Shown here: positions 38,715-46,029 of the stretch, piece by piece
Position numbering within the stretch: position 1 is the stretch's first letter
How the letters are laid out: each line of letters starts with the position of its first letter
Assembly: GCA_016789445.1 (NCBI GenBank)
Contig: JAEUQT010000001.1
Span: 131,603-195,602, forward strand
Direction: 5' to 3'
DNA length: 64,000 nucleotides
From: a bacterium
GTDB taxonomy: Bacteria; Patescibacteriota; Minisyncoccia; Phycocordibacterales; UBA2100
Notes under the pieces: model-generated
Told to the model about the DNA's origin: nothing
Seen by the model: only the letters and a program-made list of their open reading frames with translations
Database searches by the model: none
Translations under genes and position numbers: made by a program

Positions 38715-40442
38715 TTAATTCGTTTTCGTATCTTCTGGTTCTTCAGTATCAGCGGGCGTCTCTTCGGTAGCGGCAGGCTTTTTCTCTTCCGGCTCTTCCT
38801 CCGTATCCAAGAGGAGCGATGAGAGCGTATTCACTTCAGAGAACGGGACCTGCTTCGCGAACGCTTTCATTGTAGCATCCTCGCGCATCGTGAGCATTCC
38901 CTGCTCGCGTGCCGACGCCCAGATCTTCGAATCCACCGGGTTGGTAAGGACGATCTTCTCGATTGCGGTCGTCATTTCCATCACCTCGAAGACCGCGGCA
39001 CGTCCACGCATACCCGTCGGACATGCGGCGGTACGCTCTGGCTCATACACGGTGTCTTGTATCGGGAATCGGTATTCCTTCGGAAGGCTCGCCATATCCA
39101 TTTCCATCGACTTTCGATCGCTGGCGGAGAGCGGTACTGCCTTGCCGGTACCAGGACAAAGCGTACGCACGAGACGCTGCGCCATCGAAAGGATAAGCAC
39201 CGGTGGAATGAGGTACGGCTCCACTCCCATATCGATAAGGCGAGGGATGGTGCCGACCGCATCGTTGGTGTGGATCGTTGAGAGCACCAAGTGACCGGTG
39301 AGCGCCGCCTGCATCGCGAGCTTCGCCGTCTCACCGTCGCGGATTTCGCCGACCATGATGACATCCGGGTCCTGACGGAGCGTCGTGCGCAGACCGTTCG
39401 CGAACGTATACCCGATCTCAGGACGCACTTGTGACTGGATGATACCGTCGACGTGATATTCGATCGGATCCTCGAGTGAGAGCACGTTCTTATGCTCGCG
39501 ATCGAGCTCCGCAAGCATCGAGTAGAGCGTCGTGGATTTACCGGAACCGGTCGGACCCGAGATGAGGATGAGTCCGTGCGGTCGTTGGATCGCGTCGCGC
39601 ATGAGACGGAGATTGCGTTCCGAAAGACCGATCTGATCAAGTGGGATGAATCCCTGATCACGATCGAGGATACGCATCACCACCTTCTCACCGGCATACG
39701 ACGGGAATGTGGAGACACGGAAGTCGATCTGGCGATTGTCGAATGACGCCGAAAAGCGTCCGTCCTGCGGCTTACGTCGCTCGTCGAGTCGGATCGAGGA
39801 GAGGACCTTGATACGGGCGACAACTGCGCGATGCGTCTCAAGCGGCAAGACGACGCTGGTATGCAGATCGCCGTCGACACGATAACGGACGCGAAGCCCG
39901 GCGGAGGTCGGTTCGACGTGGATATCGGATGCTTTTCCGTCGATCGCATAGCGCAGGATCGTCGAGACGATCTTGATCGCTGGCGCGTCCTCGGTGATTG
40001 AACCTCCTCCTTCGGTAGCTCCCGCAAGATTGCCGAGCTGCAGCATCCCTTCATCGTCGGTCTCTTCTTTCTTGCGACCACTGGTACGCTCTTCCGATTC
40101 GAGGTCAGAGAGCGCCTTATCGACCTCCCCACCCAAACCCTTATACATCGAGAGGATCTTCTGCAGATCCTGTTCGCTCATGCGGAAGATCTTGAACGGC
40201 ATTCCCGTCTTGCGGGCGATGAAGTTCAATGCATCGATAGCAGCGATGTTATCGGGATCCACCATGCCGACCTCCAAGACATCCTCGACGACACCGAGCG
40301 GCGCGAGCTTATAGTGTTCCGCGGATTCCTGCGGGATGAATTTGAGGACATCGTACGGGATCTTCTGCTCGCCAAGAGTACGCGTCGGGATCGCGTTCGC
40401 GGCATTTCCCTGCCCTGCGCCTGCCTGGACCTCAGGAGGCAT
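38715..40442 (-). CDS. pilB: type IV pilus assembly ATPase PilB (GspE family)
   Basis: Walker A GPTGSGKST, Walker B MVGEIRD, His box TGHLVLSTIHT, and a tetracysteine-like region. Confidence 0.92.
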   Translation of the reverse strand: MPPEVQAGAGQGNAANAIPTRTLGEQKIPYDVLKFIPQESAEHYKLAPLGVVEDVLEVGMVDPDNIAAIDALNFIARKTGMPFKIFRMSEQDLQKILSMYKGLGGEVDKALSDLESEERTSGRKKEETDDEGMLQLGNLAGATEGGGSITEDAPAIKIVSTILRYAIDGKASDIHVEPTSAGLRVRYRVDGDLHTSVVLPLETHRAVVARIKVLSSIRLDERRKPQDGRFSASFDNRQIDFRVSTFPSYAGEKVVMRILDRDQGFIPLDQIGLSERNLRLMRDAIQRPHGLILISGPTGSGKSTTLYSMLAELDREHKNVLSLEDPIEYHVDGIIQSQVRPEIGYTFANGLRTTLRQDPDVIMVGEIRDGETAKLAMQAALTGHLVLSTIHTNDAVGTIPRLIDMGVEPYLIPPVLILSMAQRLVRTLCPGTGKAVPLSASDRKSMEMDMASLPKEYRFPIQDTVYEPERTAACPTGMRGRAAVFEVMEMTTAIEKIVLTNPVDSKIWASAREQGMLTMREDATMKAFAKQVPFSEVNTLSSLLLDTEEEPEEKKPAATEETPADTEEPEDTKTN

Positions 40443-40445
40443 ACG

Positions 40446-40814
40446 TTAGCGTGAACCTTGCGAGGTGGAAGTTGCAGCTCGTGTCGTCGTCGCGGTCTGG
40501 GTCGGCGTCTGGGTCATTCCAGGAAGCGGGAGGAACGGATTCTCACGACCCACCGGCTCAGGAACAATCTGCGTACCGTTATCCTTGAGCGCGACGAATG
40601 CGGGATCAGAGAAAATCGTGCCCGAGAGCGTGATGGCGCGCAGTTGCAACAACGTCTCGACGACATCCTTGTCCGCTCCGCTGGACGTCGTCAGATCCTC
40701 GGTCGTAAGAAGCGCCTGTGGCGTCGTGTCACGCAAGAAGAGGTACCACGCCGCGGTGGCAGCGACCACGCTACCCAGGATCAGTATCACGAATTTATTC
40801 TGGAGTATCGCCAT
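40446..40814 (-). CDS. pilus-locus membrane-anchored protein (PilP-position)
   Basis: N-terminal transmembrane helix and a T/S-rich tail. The role is inferred from position only. Confidence 0.45.
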   Translation of the reverse strand: MAILQNKFVILILGSVVAATAAWYLFLRDTTPQALLTTEDLTTSSGADKDVVETLLQLRAITLSGTIFSDPAFVALKDNGTQIVPEPVGRENPFLPLPGMTQTPTQTATTTRAATSTSQGSR

Positions 40815-40817
40815 ACA

Positions 40818-41399
40818 TTATTTGAGCCAGTAGGTACGGAGCGTAATGTCGAATCGGTAGATCGGCTCACCCCCTGCTGCAGAAGCCGCATCAGCATCGA
40901 GCGTAAGGTTTACGACATCGACCAAACGGAGACTTCCCTCAAGGGCGGTAATGAACTCGACGAATTTCGGATACGTACCGCTGGTTGCGAATTTGAGAGT
41001 AAGCGAGTCGTAGGTCTGACGACTTGGCCCGATCGAGACCTGCTGTTCCGCACCGTTCGCACCCGCGGTGCCGGTACCCGGAGCATTGATGACGACGTTC
41101 TGCAGCGCGAATCCGTACTGGCTCGCAAGCGTATCGAGATCCAAGACCAGTCGGACGTTATCGACGTGATCCGGAAGCAGTTTGTGGAGTCGATCGACAT
41201 CCGTAGGATTGAACGCGTTATAGCGAGACAGCAACTGTTGCTTGAGACGCTGCAATTCGGCTGCTTTATTGAGCGCCTGATCATATTGGGCGATCTGGGC
41301 CTGCACGCTTCGGACACCATCGTAAGCAGGACGGGTGTAGAAGAAGAACAGTCCGCCGGCTGCTGCTAGGAAAAGGAGCGAGAAAAGTGTGCGTGTCAT
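40818..41399 (-). CDS. pilO: PilO-like pilus assembly protein
   Basis: N-terminal transmembrane helix, a coiled coil and a ferredoxin-like C-terminus, in the pilM-N-O order. Confidence 0.6.
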   Translation of the reverse strand: MTRTLFSLLFLAAAGGLFFFYTRPAYDGVRSVQAQIAQYDQALNKAAELQRLKQQLLSRYNAFNPTDVDRLHKLLPDHVDNVRLVLDLDTLASQYGFALQNVVINAPGTGTAGANGAEQQVSIGPSRQTYDSLTLKFATSGTYPKFVEFITALEGSLRLVDVVNLTLDADAASAAGGEPIYRFDITLRTYWLK

Positions 41400-42130
41400 A
41401 GCTGGGGTTCAGGTTGTGCGTCTTGTGCGGGCGGCGTCTGTTGTTGTGATCCCTGCGGCTGGGCGCCGGTCATGTCCTGCGGGAGACCGAACGGCGTAGC
41501 TGGCTCTTCGGGCGCCGCCTGCTGCTGCATGCTTGCGCCCCCTGCACGCACCGAGCGGTATCGCAGGCCTTCAGGATTGATACCGGACGTAAAATCGAAA
41601 CGGACGCCCTGCGGCGTACGATTCATATTCGAGAAGATCGGACTCGTGATGACGCCGCTCTTGGACAGGAGGTCCGCTTCAAGCGCGATGGAATTCACAC
41701 TCTGCGCGACACCCTGCATGGCAAGCGTCATGTCGCTGGAGTTCTGCGCCGAGAAATCAAGGGTCGAGAACGCGACGGTCTGAAGCGTCAGCTGCTGGAG
41801 CACATTGAAAAGCGCGGACGGTGCCACGTGGATCGAAAGGACTTCATCCGCAGCGCGCATACGATCATCAAGACGCGTGAGCTCCGCGATGAGCGCCGGT
41901 TCGAATGCCGCCTTGGCACGATTGAGCTGATCGAGCTTGCTCGTCGCGGTGGTGTTCAGGAACTGCACATACAGGAAGACACCGACAGCCAGCACCGCCG
42001 ACGCGATGAAGAGAATGAGCCCCAGCAGCATGAACATGTCGAAACCGCCGCCTCCGGGTCCTTTCGATCCGGGAGTCGGTGCAGCTACAGGCGATTGCGG
42101 TATGAACGATGAGCGTATGTTTGATTCCAT
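41396..42130 (-). CDS. pilN: PilN-like pilus assembly protein
   Basis: Single transmembrane helix after a short cytoplasmic N-terminus, a coiled coil, and a position after pilM. Confidence 0.6.
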   Translation of the reverse strand: MESNIRSSFIPQSPVAAPTPGSKGPGGGGFDMFMLLGLILFIASAVLAVGVFLYVQFLNTTATSKLDQLNRAKAAFEPALIAELTRLDDRMRAADEVLSIHVAPSALFNVLQQLTLQTVAFSTLDFSAQNSSDMTLAMQGVAQSVNSIALEADLLSKSGVITSPIFSNMNRTPQGVRFDFTSGINPEGLRYRSVRAGGASMQQQAAPEEPATPFGLPQDMTGAQPQGSQQQTPPAQDAQPEPQL

Positions 42131-42133
42131 ATC

Positions 42134-43285
42134 TTAGCCTTGTCGAAGTTCCCTTAAGGCCAGACCGACGGCTACCGCGAAACCAGGACCGATCGCCTGA
42201 AGGACCTGATCGAGGAATGCCGGTGATTCCGTACGACTGAACGGATTCGCGATTTCGACCTGCGCATGCAGGGCCTGATTCGCGAAACCAAGAAGACCGG
42301 GAAGCGATGCCCCGCCCCCGGTCAGGAGGACGTGCGATACGTCTTTATTGTATCGTTTCCCGTAGCTCAATAGTACCTTATCCGCTTCACCGAAGATCCT
42401 TTCCAGTGTGGATATGAGCGACGACTTGATGCGATCGTTCTCGTCCGTCGAATACGCAGCGGATTCCGTGAGGCCGCGCTCACGCTTCACGCGCTCGGCC
42501 TTCTCGAATTCCCACGAGAGCGATCGCGCGAGCTGCTCGGTCATCTGCTGTCCTCCCATGTTCGCGAGGTGGGTCATGCGCACGACACCGCGTTCGACGA
42601 TGTACATCTTCGTAGTCGACGCACCCAAGTCGATGACGAGGACGGGCGCAACGCCGTGCCCCAACGAGGAACGGATCGCGCTGAAGATCTCGATCTCGTA
42701 GAAATGCGTGGAAAGACCGGCACCCGTTGAGATGACCTGGTAGTTGCGGACCGTATCGTTATGGATGGCGACGAGCAGCACCTCCTGCCCTTTCGCCTGC
42801 AGCGGCGCTTTCCCTTGGATGCGATCGAACGCTTCATTCGAGCCCTCATCCGGCGGGATGATGAACCAATCGAGCATGACTTCGGAGACCTGCATCGGGA
42901 TATATTTGCGCGCCTCGATCGGAATCATCTGCTTCAGCTGTTCAGGATCGGTCTTCGGAAGATCCAGGATGGAGACGAGACTCGAGGAGAATGGAATAGA
43001 GATGCCCGCTGCCTTTGCGGTCACGTTCGCCTCCTTCATGAGATCCAGGAGCACCTGGGTGGTCTGCTCGGGAGAGAGCTTCACCACCTTACCGACGGGT
43101 TCTTTTGCGTAGGGGCCAAGCGCGATCTCACCATACGTTTCAAGAACGGCAGCGCCATGCGCGCCACGCAACTGCACGACTTTCGCAGAAGATGCGCCGA
43201 TATCCACTCCGATCACGCTCGTATCACCTTTTCCCGTGAGTGCACCGGTCAATTTCTGCGTCAAAGATCCCAGCGACAACGCCAT
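42134..43285 (-). CDS. pilM: PilM (actin-like ATPase of the type IV pilus)
   Basis: GVDIGASSAKVV and VIDLGASTT phosphate-binding motifs; 383 aa. Confidence 0.85.
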   Translation of the reverse strand: MALSLGSLTQKLTGALTGKGDTSVIGVDIGASSAKVVQLRGAHGAAVLETYGEIALGPYAKEPVGKVVKLSPEQTTQVLLDLMKEANVTAKAAGISIPFSSSLVSILDLPKTDPEQLKQMIPIEARKYIPMQVSEVMLDWFIIPPDEGSNEAFDRIQGKAPLQAKGQEVLLVAIHNDTVRNYQVISTGAGLSTHFYEIEIFSAIRSSLGHGVAPVLVIDLGASTTKMYIVERGVVRMTHLANMGGQQMTEQLARSLSWEFEKAERVKRERGLTESAAYSTDENDRIKSSLISTLERIFGEADKVLLSYGKRYNKDVSHVLLTGGGASLPGLLGFANQALHAQVEIANPFSRTESPAFLDQVLQAIGPGFAVAVGLALRELRQG

Positions 43286-43307
43286 GGGCGGAATTATATC
43301 ACTGATA

Positions 43308-43679
43308 TTAGGTGATCTTGTCTATCTTTGCGGCCAGGATGAAGTCATTTTCCGAGAGGCCGCCGATCGCGTGCGTCGAGAGCTCGATCTCCACCCTTCC
43401 CCACGAGATAAGAAGATCGGGATGATGTCCTTCTTCTTCAGCCAGCGCAGCGATCTTCGTCGCGCACGCGAATGCATCTTTGAAATTCTTGAATTTAAGC
43501 GAGCGCGATATGGTCGATGCATCCGGCCAGAGCATCCATGCGGGAGTATCTTTGAGCAGTTTCTCCGCCTCGTCTCGTGTGAGCGGAAACGCGCCCCCTT
43601 CGCACGGCACACACTTCTTAGCCGCAAGATCCACCCCGTTAGAAGCTTTGCCCCGATCTGCATCGTCCGACTGGTTCAT
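43308..43679 (-). CDS. pterin-4a-carbinolamine dehydratase (PCD/DCoH)
   Basis: ORF 43308..43865 trimmed to MNQSDDAD. GHHPD...W..V...L.TH motif. Confidence 0.85.
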   Translation of the reverse strand: MNQSDDADRGKASNGVDLAAKKCVPCEGGAFPLTRDEAEKLLKDTPAWMLWPDASTISRSLKFKNFKDAFACATKIAALAEEEGHHPDLLISWGRVEIELSTHAIGGLSENDFILAAKIDKIT

Positions 43680-43746
43680 ATCGTTCGATACGTTACTGTT
43701 CCGACAGAGAGATGGCTTCTGACGGGGTCCATGCCACAATGCTAGC

Positions 43747-44412
43747 ATGCTCGGCCTCTTCTCCAGGGCTGCCGCATCCATCCAGACGCTGCTCGACATC
43801 GTCCTGCCGCGTAACGAGCGCGTGATCCGCGCCGACGCGTACACTCTTGAGGATATTGCGGTCAATCCGCAGGTTCACGAAGCGTCCCGCATCGCGATCA
43901 CCACACTGCTCTCCTATCGCGATACGGTGGTCGAAGACCTGATACGTGCGGTCAAATATGACGGATCCCGACATGCCGCTGGACTGCTTGCCGAGGTGCT
44001 TGCCGAATACCTTCGGGAGGAAATCGCTTCCCTGCACGCCTTCTCGACGCGATCGATCATCCTCATCCCGCTGCCTCTCCATGTACGACGCGCACAAGAG
44101 CGCGGATTCAATCAGATCGCATTCATCATGGAACAGCTCCCGGAGGAATTCCGGGACGGATCACTCGCGCGGATCGAACATGACGCACTCATGCGCATCC
44201 GTGAGACGAGACCGCAGACGCGTCTCACACGCGCCGAGCGGCTCGTCAATGTAAAAGACGCTTTCGCGGTGCGCGACATCGCGGCAGCCCTTGATTGTCA
44301 CGCCTTCGTCATCGATGACGTGACGACAACGGGGGCCACCCTCGCCGAAGCTGTGCGTCCGTTACAGGGACTCAATATACCGGTGAGTCCGCTCGCGTTA
44401 GCAAAAGCCTAG
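43747..44412 (+). CDS. comF: ComF-family phosphoribosyltransferase-like competence protein
   Basis: RAQERGFNQ and the VIDDVTTTGATL PRTase motif. Confidence 0.85.
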   Translation: MLGLFSRAAASIQTLLDIVLPRNERVIRADAYTLEDIAVNPQVHEASRIAITTLLSYRDTVVEDLIRAVKYDGSRHAAGLLAEVLAEYLREEIASLHAFSTRSIILIPLPLHVRRAQERGFNQIAFIMEQLPEEFRDGSLARIEHDALMRIRETRPQTRLTRAERLVNVKDAFAVRDIAAALDCHAFVIDDVTTTGATLAEAVRPLQGLNIPVSPLALAKA

Positions 44413-44415
44413 AAT

Positions 44416-44585
44416 TGCGGAGAGGGAGGGATTCGGTCACGGATAATTTTCTGCTGAAAATTTCCGCGACCCCGCCTCGTCGCCTACGCTCCTGCGACTT
44501 TCGAATCCCTCCGTTTCGCTATGCGAAACCGCCACCCTTTCGGGCGGCGCTCTCCGCAAAAAACTTGCGGGTCTCGTTTTTTTTG
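44416..44585 (-). repeat. tRNA-trailing element, subfamily 1 (after tRNA-Ser) - clearest exemplar
   Basis: The 20-nt direct repeat tgcggagagggagggattcg occurs at 44416-44435 and 44584-44603. The hairpin GGTCACGGATAATTTTC tgct GAAAATTTCCGCGACC lies at 44435-44471. The inverted copy is ttcgaatccctcc + two small hairpins + ctctccgc. Confidence 0.88.
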
Positions 44586-44674
44586 CGGAGAGGGAGGGAT
44601 TCGAACCCTCGAGACAGTTTGACCCGCCTAACACGTTAGCACCGTGCCGCCTTCGACCACTCGGCCACCTCTCC
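44586..44674 (-). tRNA. tRNA-Ser (anticodon GCU), long variable arm
   Basis: GGAGAGG TG GCC GAGTGGTCGAA GGC G GCACG GTGCTAA CGTGT + variable arm + GAGGG TTCGAAT CCCTC CCTCTCC G. Confidence 0.9.
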
Positions 44675-44708
44675 TTCGTTCGCTACCCTACCATAAAACC
44701 GCGCCGTT

Positions 44709-45338
44709 TTATACCGCTTTCGCCCCCTCACGCGCATGCATCTCTAGTGAGAGGATGCATCCCTCGGCATCAATCTCATAGATGCGCGCCTCGGCAACAC
44801 CGATTTCCACCTGCGCGACCTCGCGGTCATCCAGATCCTCGAGATGACGCATGAGTGCTCGAAGCGAATTGCCATGCGCGACGATGAGCACATTCTTTCC
44901 CTCTTCGATGACAGGAAGTATGGAATTCACGTAGTACGGCACCACGCGATCATAGACATCCTTCAGCGATTCCCCTTCCGGAATCGGCACATCCCAGCCG
45001 CGACGCAGTCTCTGGAAGGCTTCCTCGCCGATCTCATCGCGGACTTCCCACTTGTTCTTTCCCGTGTAGGTGCCGTAATTGCGTTCATTGAGCGCTTCGT
45101 GCGCGATCGTCGGGAGGTTCGTGATACCGAGCTTCTCTTTCAGCTTACGGAGCGTCTCCGACGCGCGGCGGAGCGTAGAAGTGAACGCCGCGTGATACTC
45201 GATCTCAGGAAGCCGTTCGGCAAGGATCGCTACCTCCTCATCGGCGTGCGCGGAGAGCCCGACATCACGCCAGCCGGTCCACATACCTTTAGCGTTCCAC
45301 TCCGATCGGGCGTGGCGCACGAGAACAAGCTGCGCCAT
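44709..45338 (-). CDS. gpmA: histidine-phosphatase family, 2,3-bisphosphoglycerate-dependent phosphoglycerate mutase-like
   Basis: LVLVRHARSEWN...TGW.D..LS and HGNSLRAL motifs. At 209 aa it is shorter than typical GpmA. Confidence 0.75.
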   Translation of the reverse strand: MAQLVLVRHARSEWNAKGMWTGWRDVGLSAHADEEVAILAERLPEIEYHAAFTSTLRRASETLRKLKEKLGITNLPTIAHEALNERNYGTYTGKNKWEVRDEIGEEAFQRLRRGWDVPIPEGESLKDVYDRVVPYYVNSILPVIEEGKNVLIVAHGNSLRALMRHLEDLDDREVAQVEIGVAEARIYEIDAEGCILSLEMHAREGAKAV

Positions 45339-45339
45339 G

Positions 45340-45675
45340 TTACAAGGCCTTCTGGATGAACCACGAGATAATCGAAAGCACTATCGAACCCAAGAGCGCC
45401 GGCACGAAACCCGCAATAGTGAATCCGGGCACGATCAGTGTCATCGCCCAGAACAGGAGCGCATTGAGGATGAATGAGAAAAGACCGAGCGTCACGATCG
45501 TAATCGGAAGCGCGAGAAGCTGCAGTACCGGTCGGATCACCGTGATGATCACCGACCACACGAGACTCACCAGAAGAAGCGTCGTCCACCCTCCGGCAAC
45601 CGAAATACCCGGGACGATATTGACCGTGAGATAGACCGCGACGGCGACGGCGACGAATTTAAGAAGGAAATGCAT
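45340..45675 (-). CDS. DUF360 / phage-holin-4-like membrane protein
   Basis: ORF 45340..45714 trimmed to MHFLLKFVAV. It has 4 transmembrane helices, and the LFSFILNALLFW pattern is typical of YvlD-like proteins. Confidence 0.65.
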   Translation of the reverse strand: MHFLLKFVAVAVAVYLTVNIVPGISVAGGWTTLLLVSLVWSVIITVIRPVLQLLALPITIVTLGLFSFILNALLFWAMTLIVPGFTIAGFVPALLGSIVLSIISWFIQKAL

Positions 45676-45762
45676 GCCGTATGCTACCGAGACTCGGTGC
45701 TCTATGCAAGACAAAAGAAAAAACCCCGCGCAACTCGGGGCCTTTTCCTGATCCTCCCTATT

Positions 45763-45885
45763 CTACTCGCTTGTCTCCTCTTCGTCTTCACCTTCTTCGA
45801 CTTCATCATCATCTACTTCCTCGGCAAGCTCGTCAATCGCTGCAGGATCAAGCACATCATCTTTCTCGTCGTCACTCATCATCAT
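45763..45885 (-). CDS. possible 40-aa highly acidic peptide
   Basis: Manual translation gives MMMSDDEKDDVLDPAAIDELAEEVDDDEVEEGEDEEETSE*. It is followed on the same strand by a CCCCG..CGGGG hairpin plus T-run at ~45722-45745. No clear RBS. Confidence 0.3.
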   Translation of the reverse strand: MMMSDDEKDDVLDPAAIDELAEEVDDDEVEEGEDEEETSE

Positions 45886-46029
45886 AACGCCGCTGCATTT
45901 ATCACTTCTAAATTACAAACTCCGCTATCGTACCCGGGACACGCATTCGTGCAAGCCGGGATGATCGGCGCGCATGTGTATAACTCATCCTCCCCTCGCA
46001 TGCAAGCGCATCCTCGCTACAATGCGGCT

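Noticed and set aside
44436-44480. A hammerhead or other known small self-cleaving ribozyme in the element core (prompted by GAAA and GTC motifs)
   Set aside because: The CUGAUGA/GAAA/UH core arrangement is not conserved across copies. The apparent matches fall in the freely covarying part of helix P-b.
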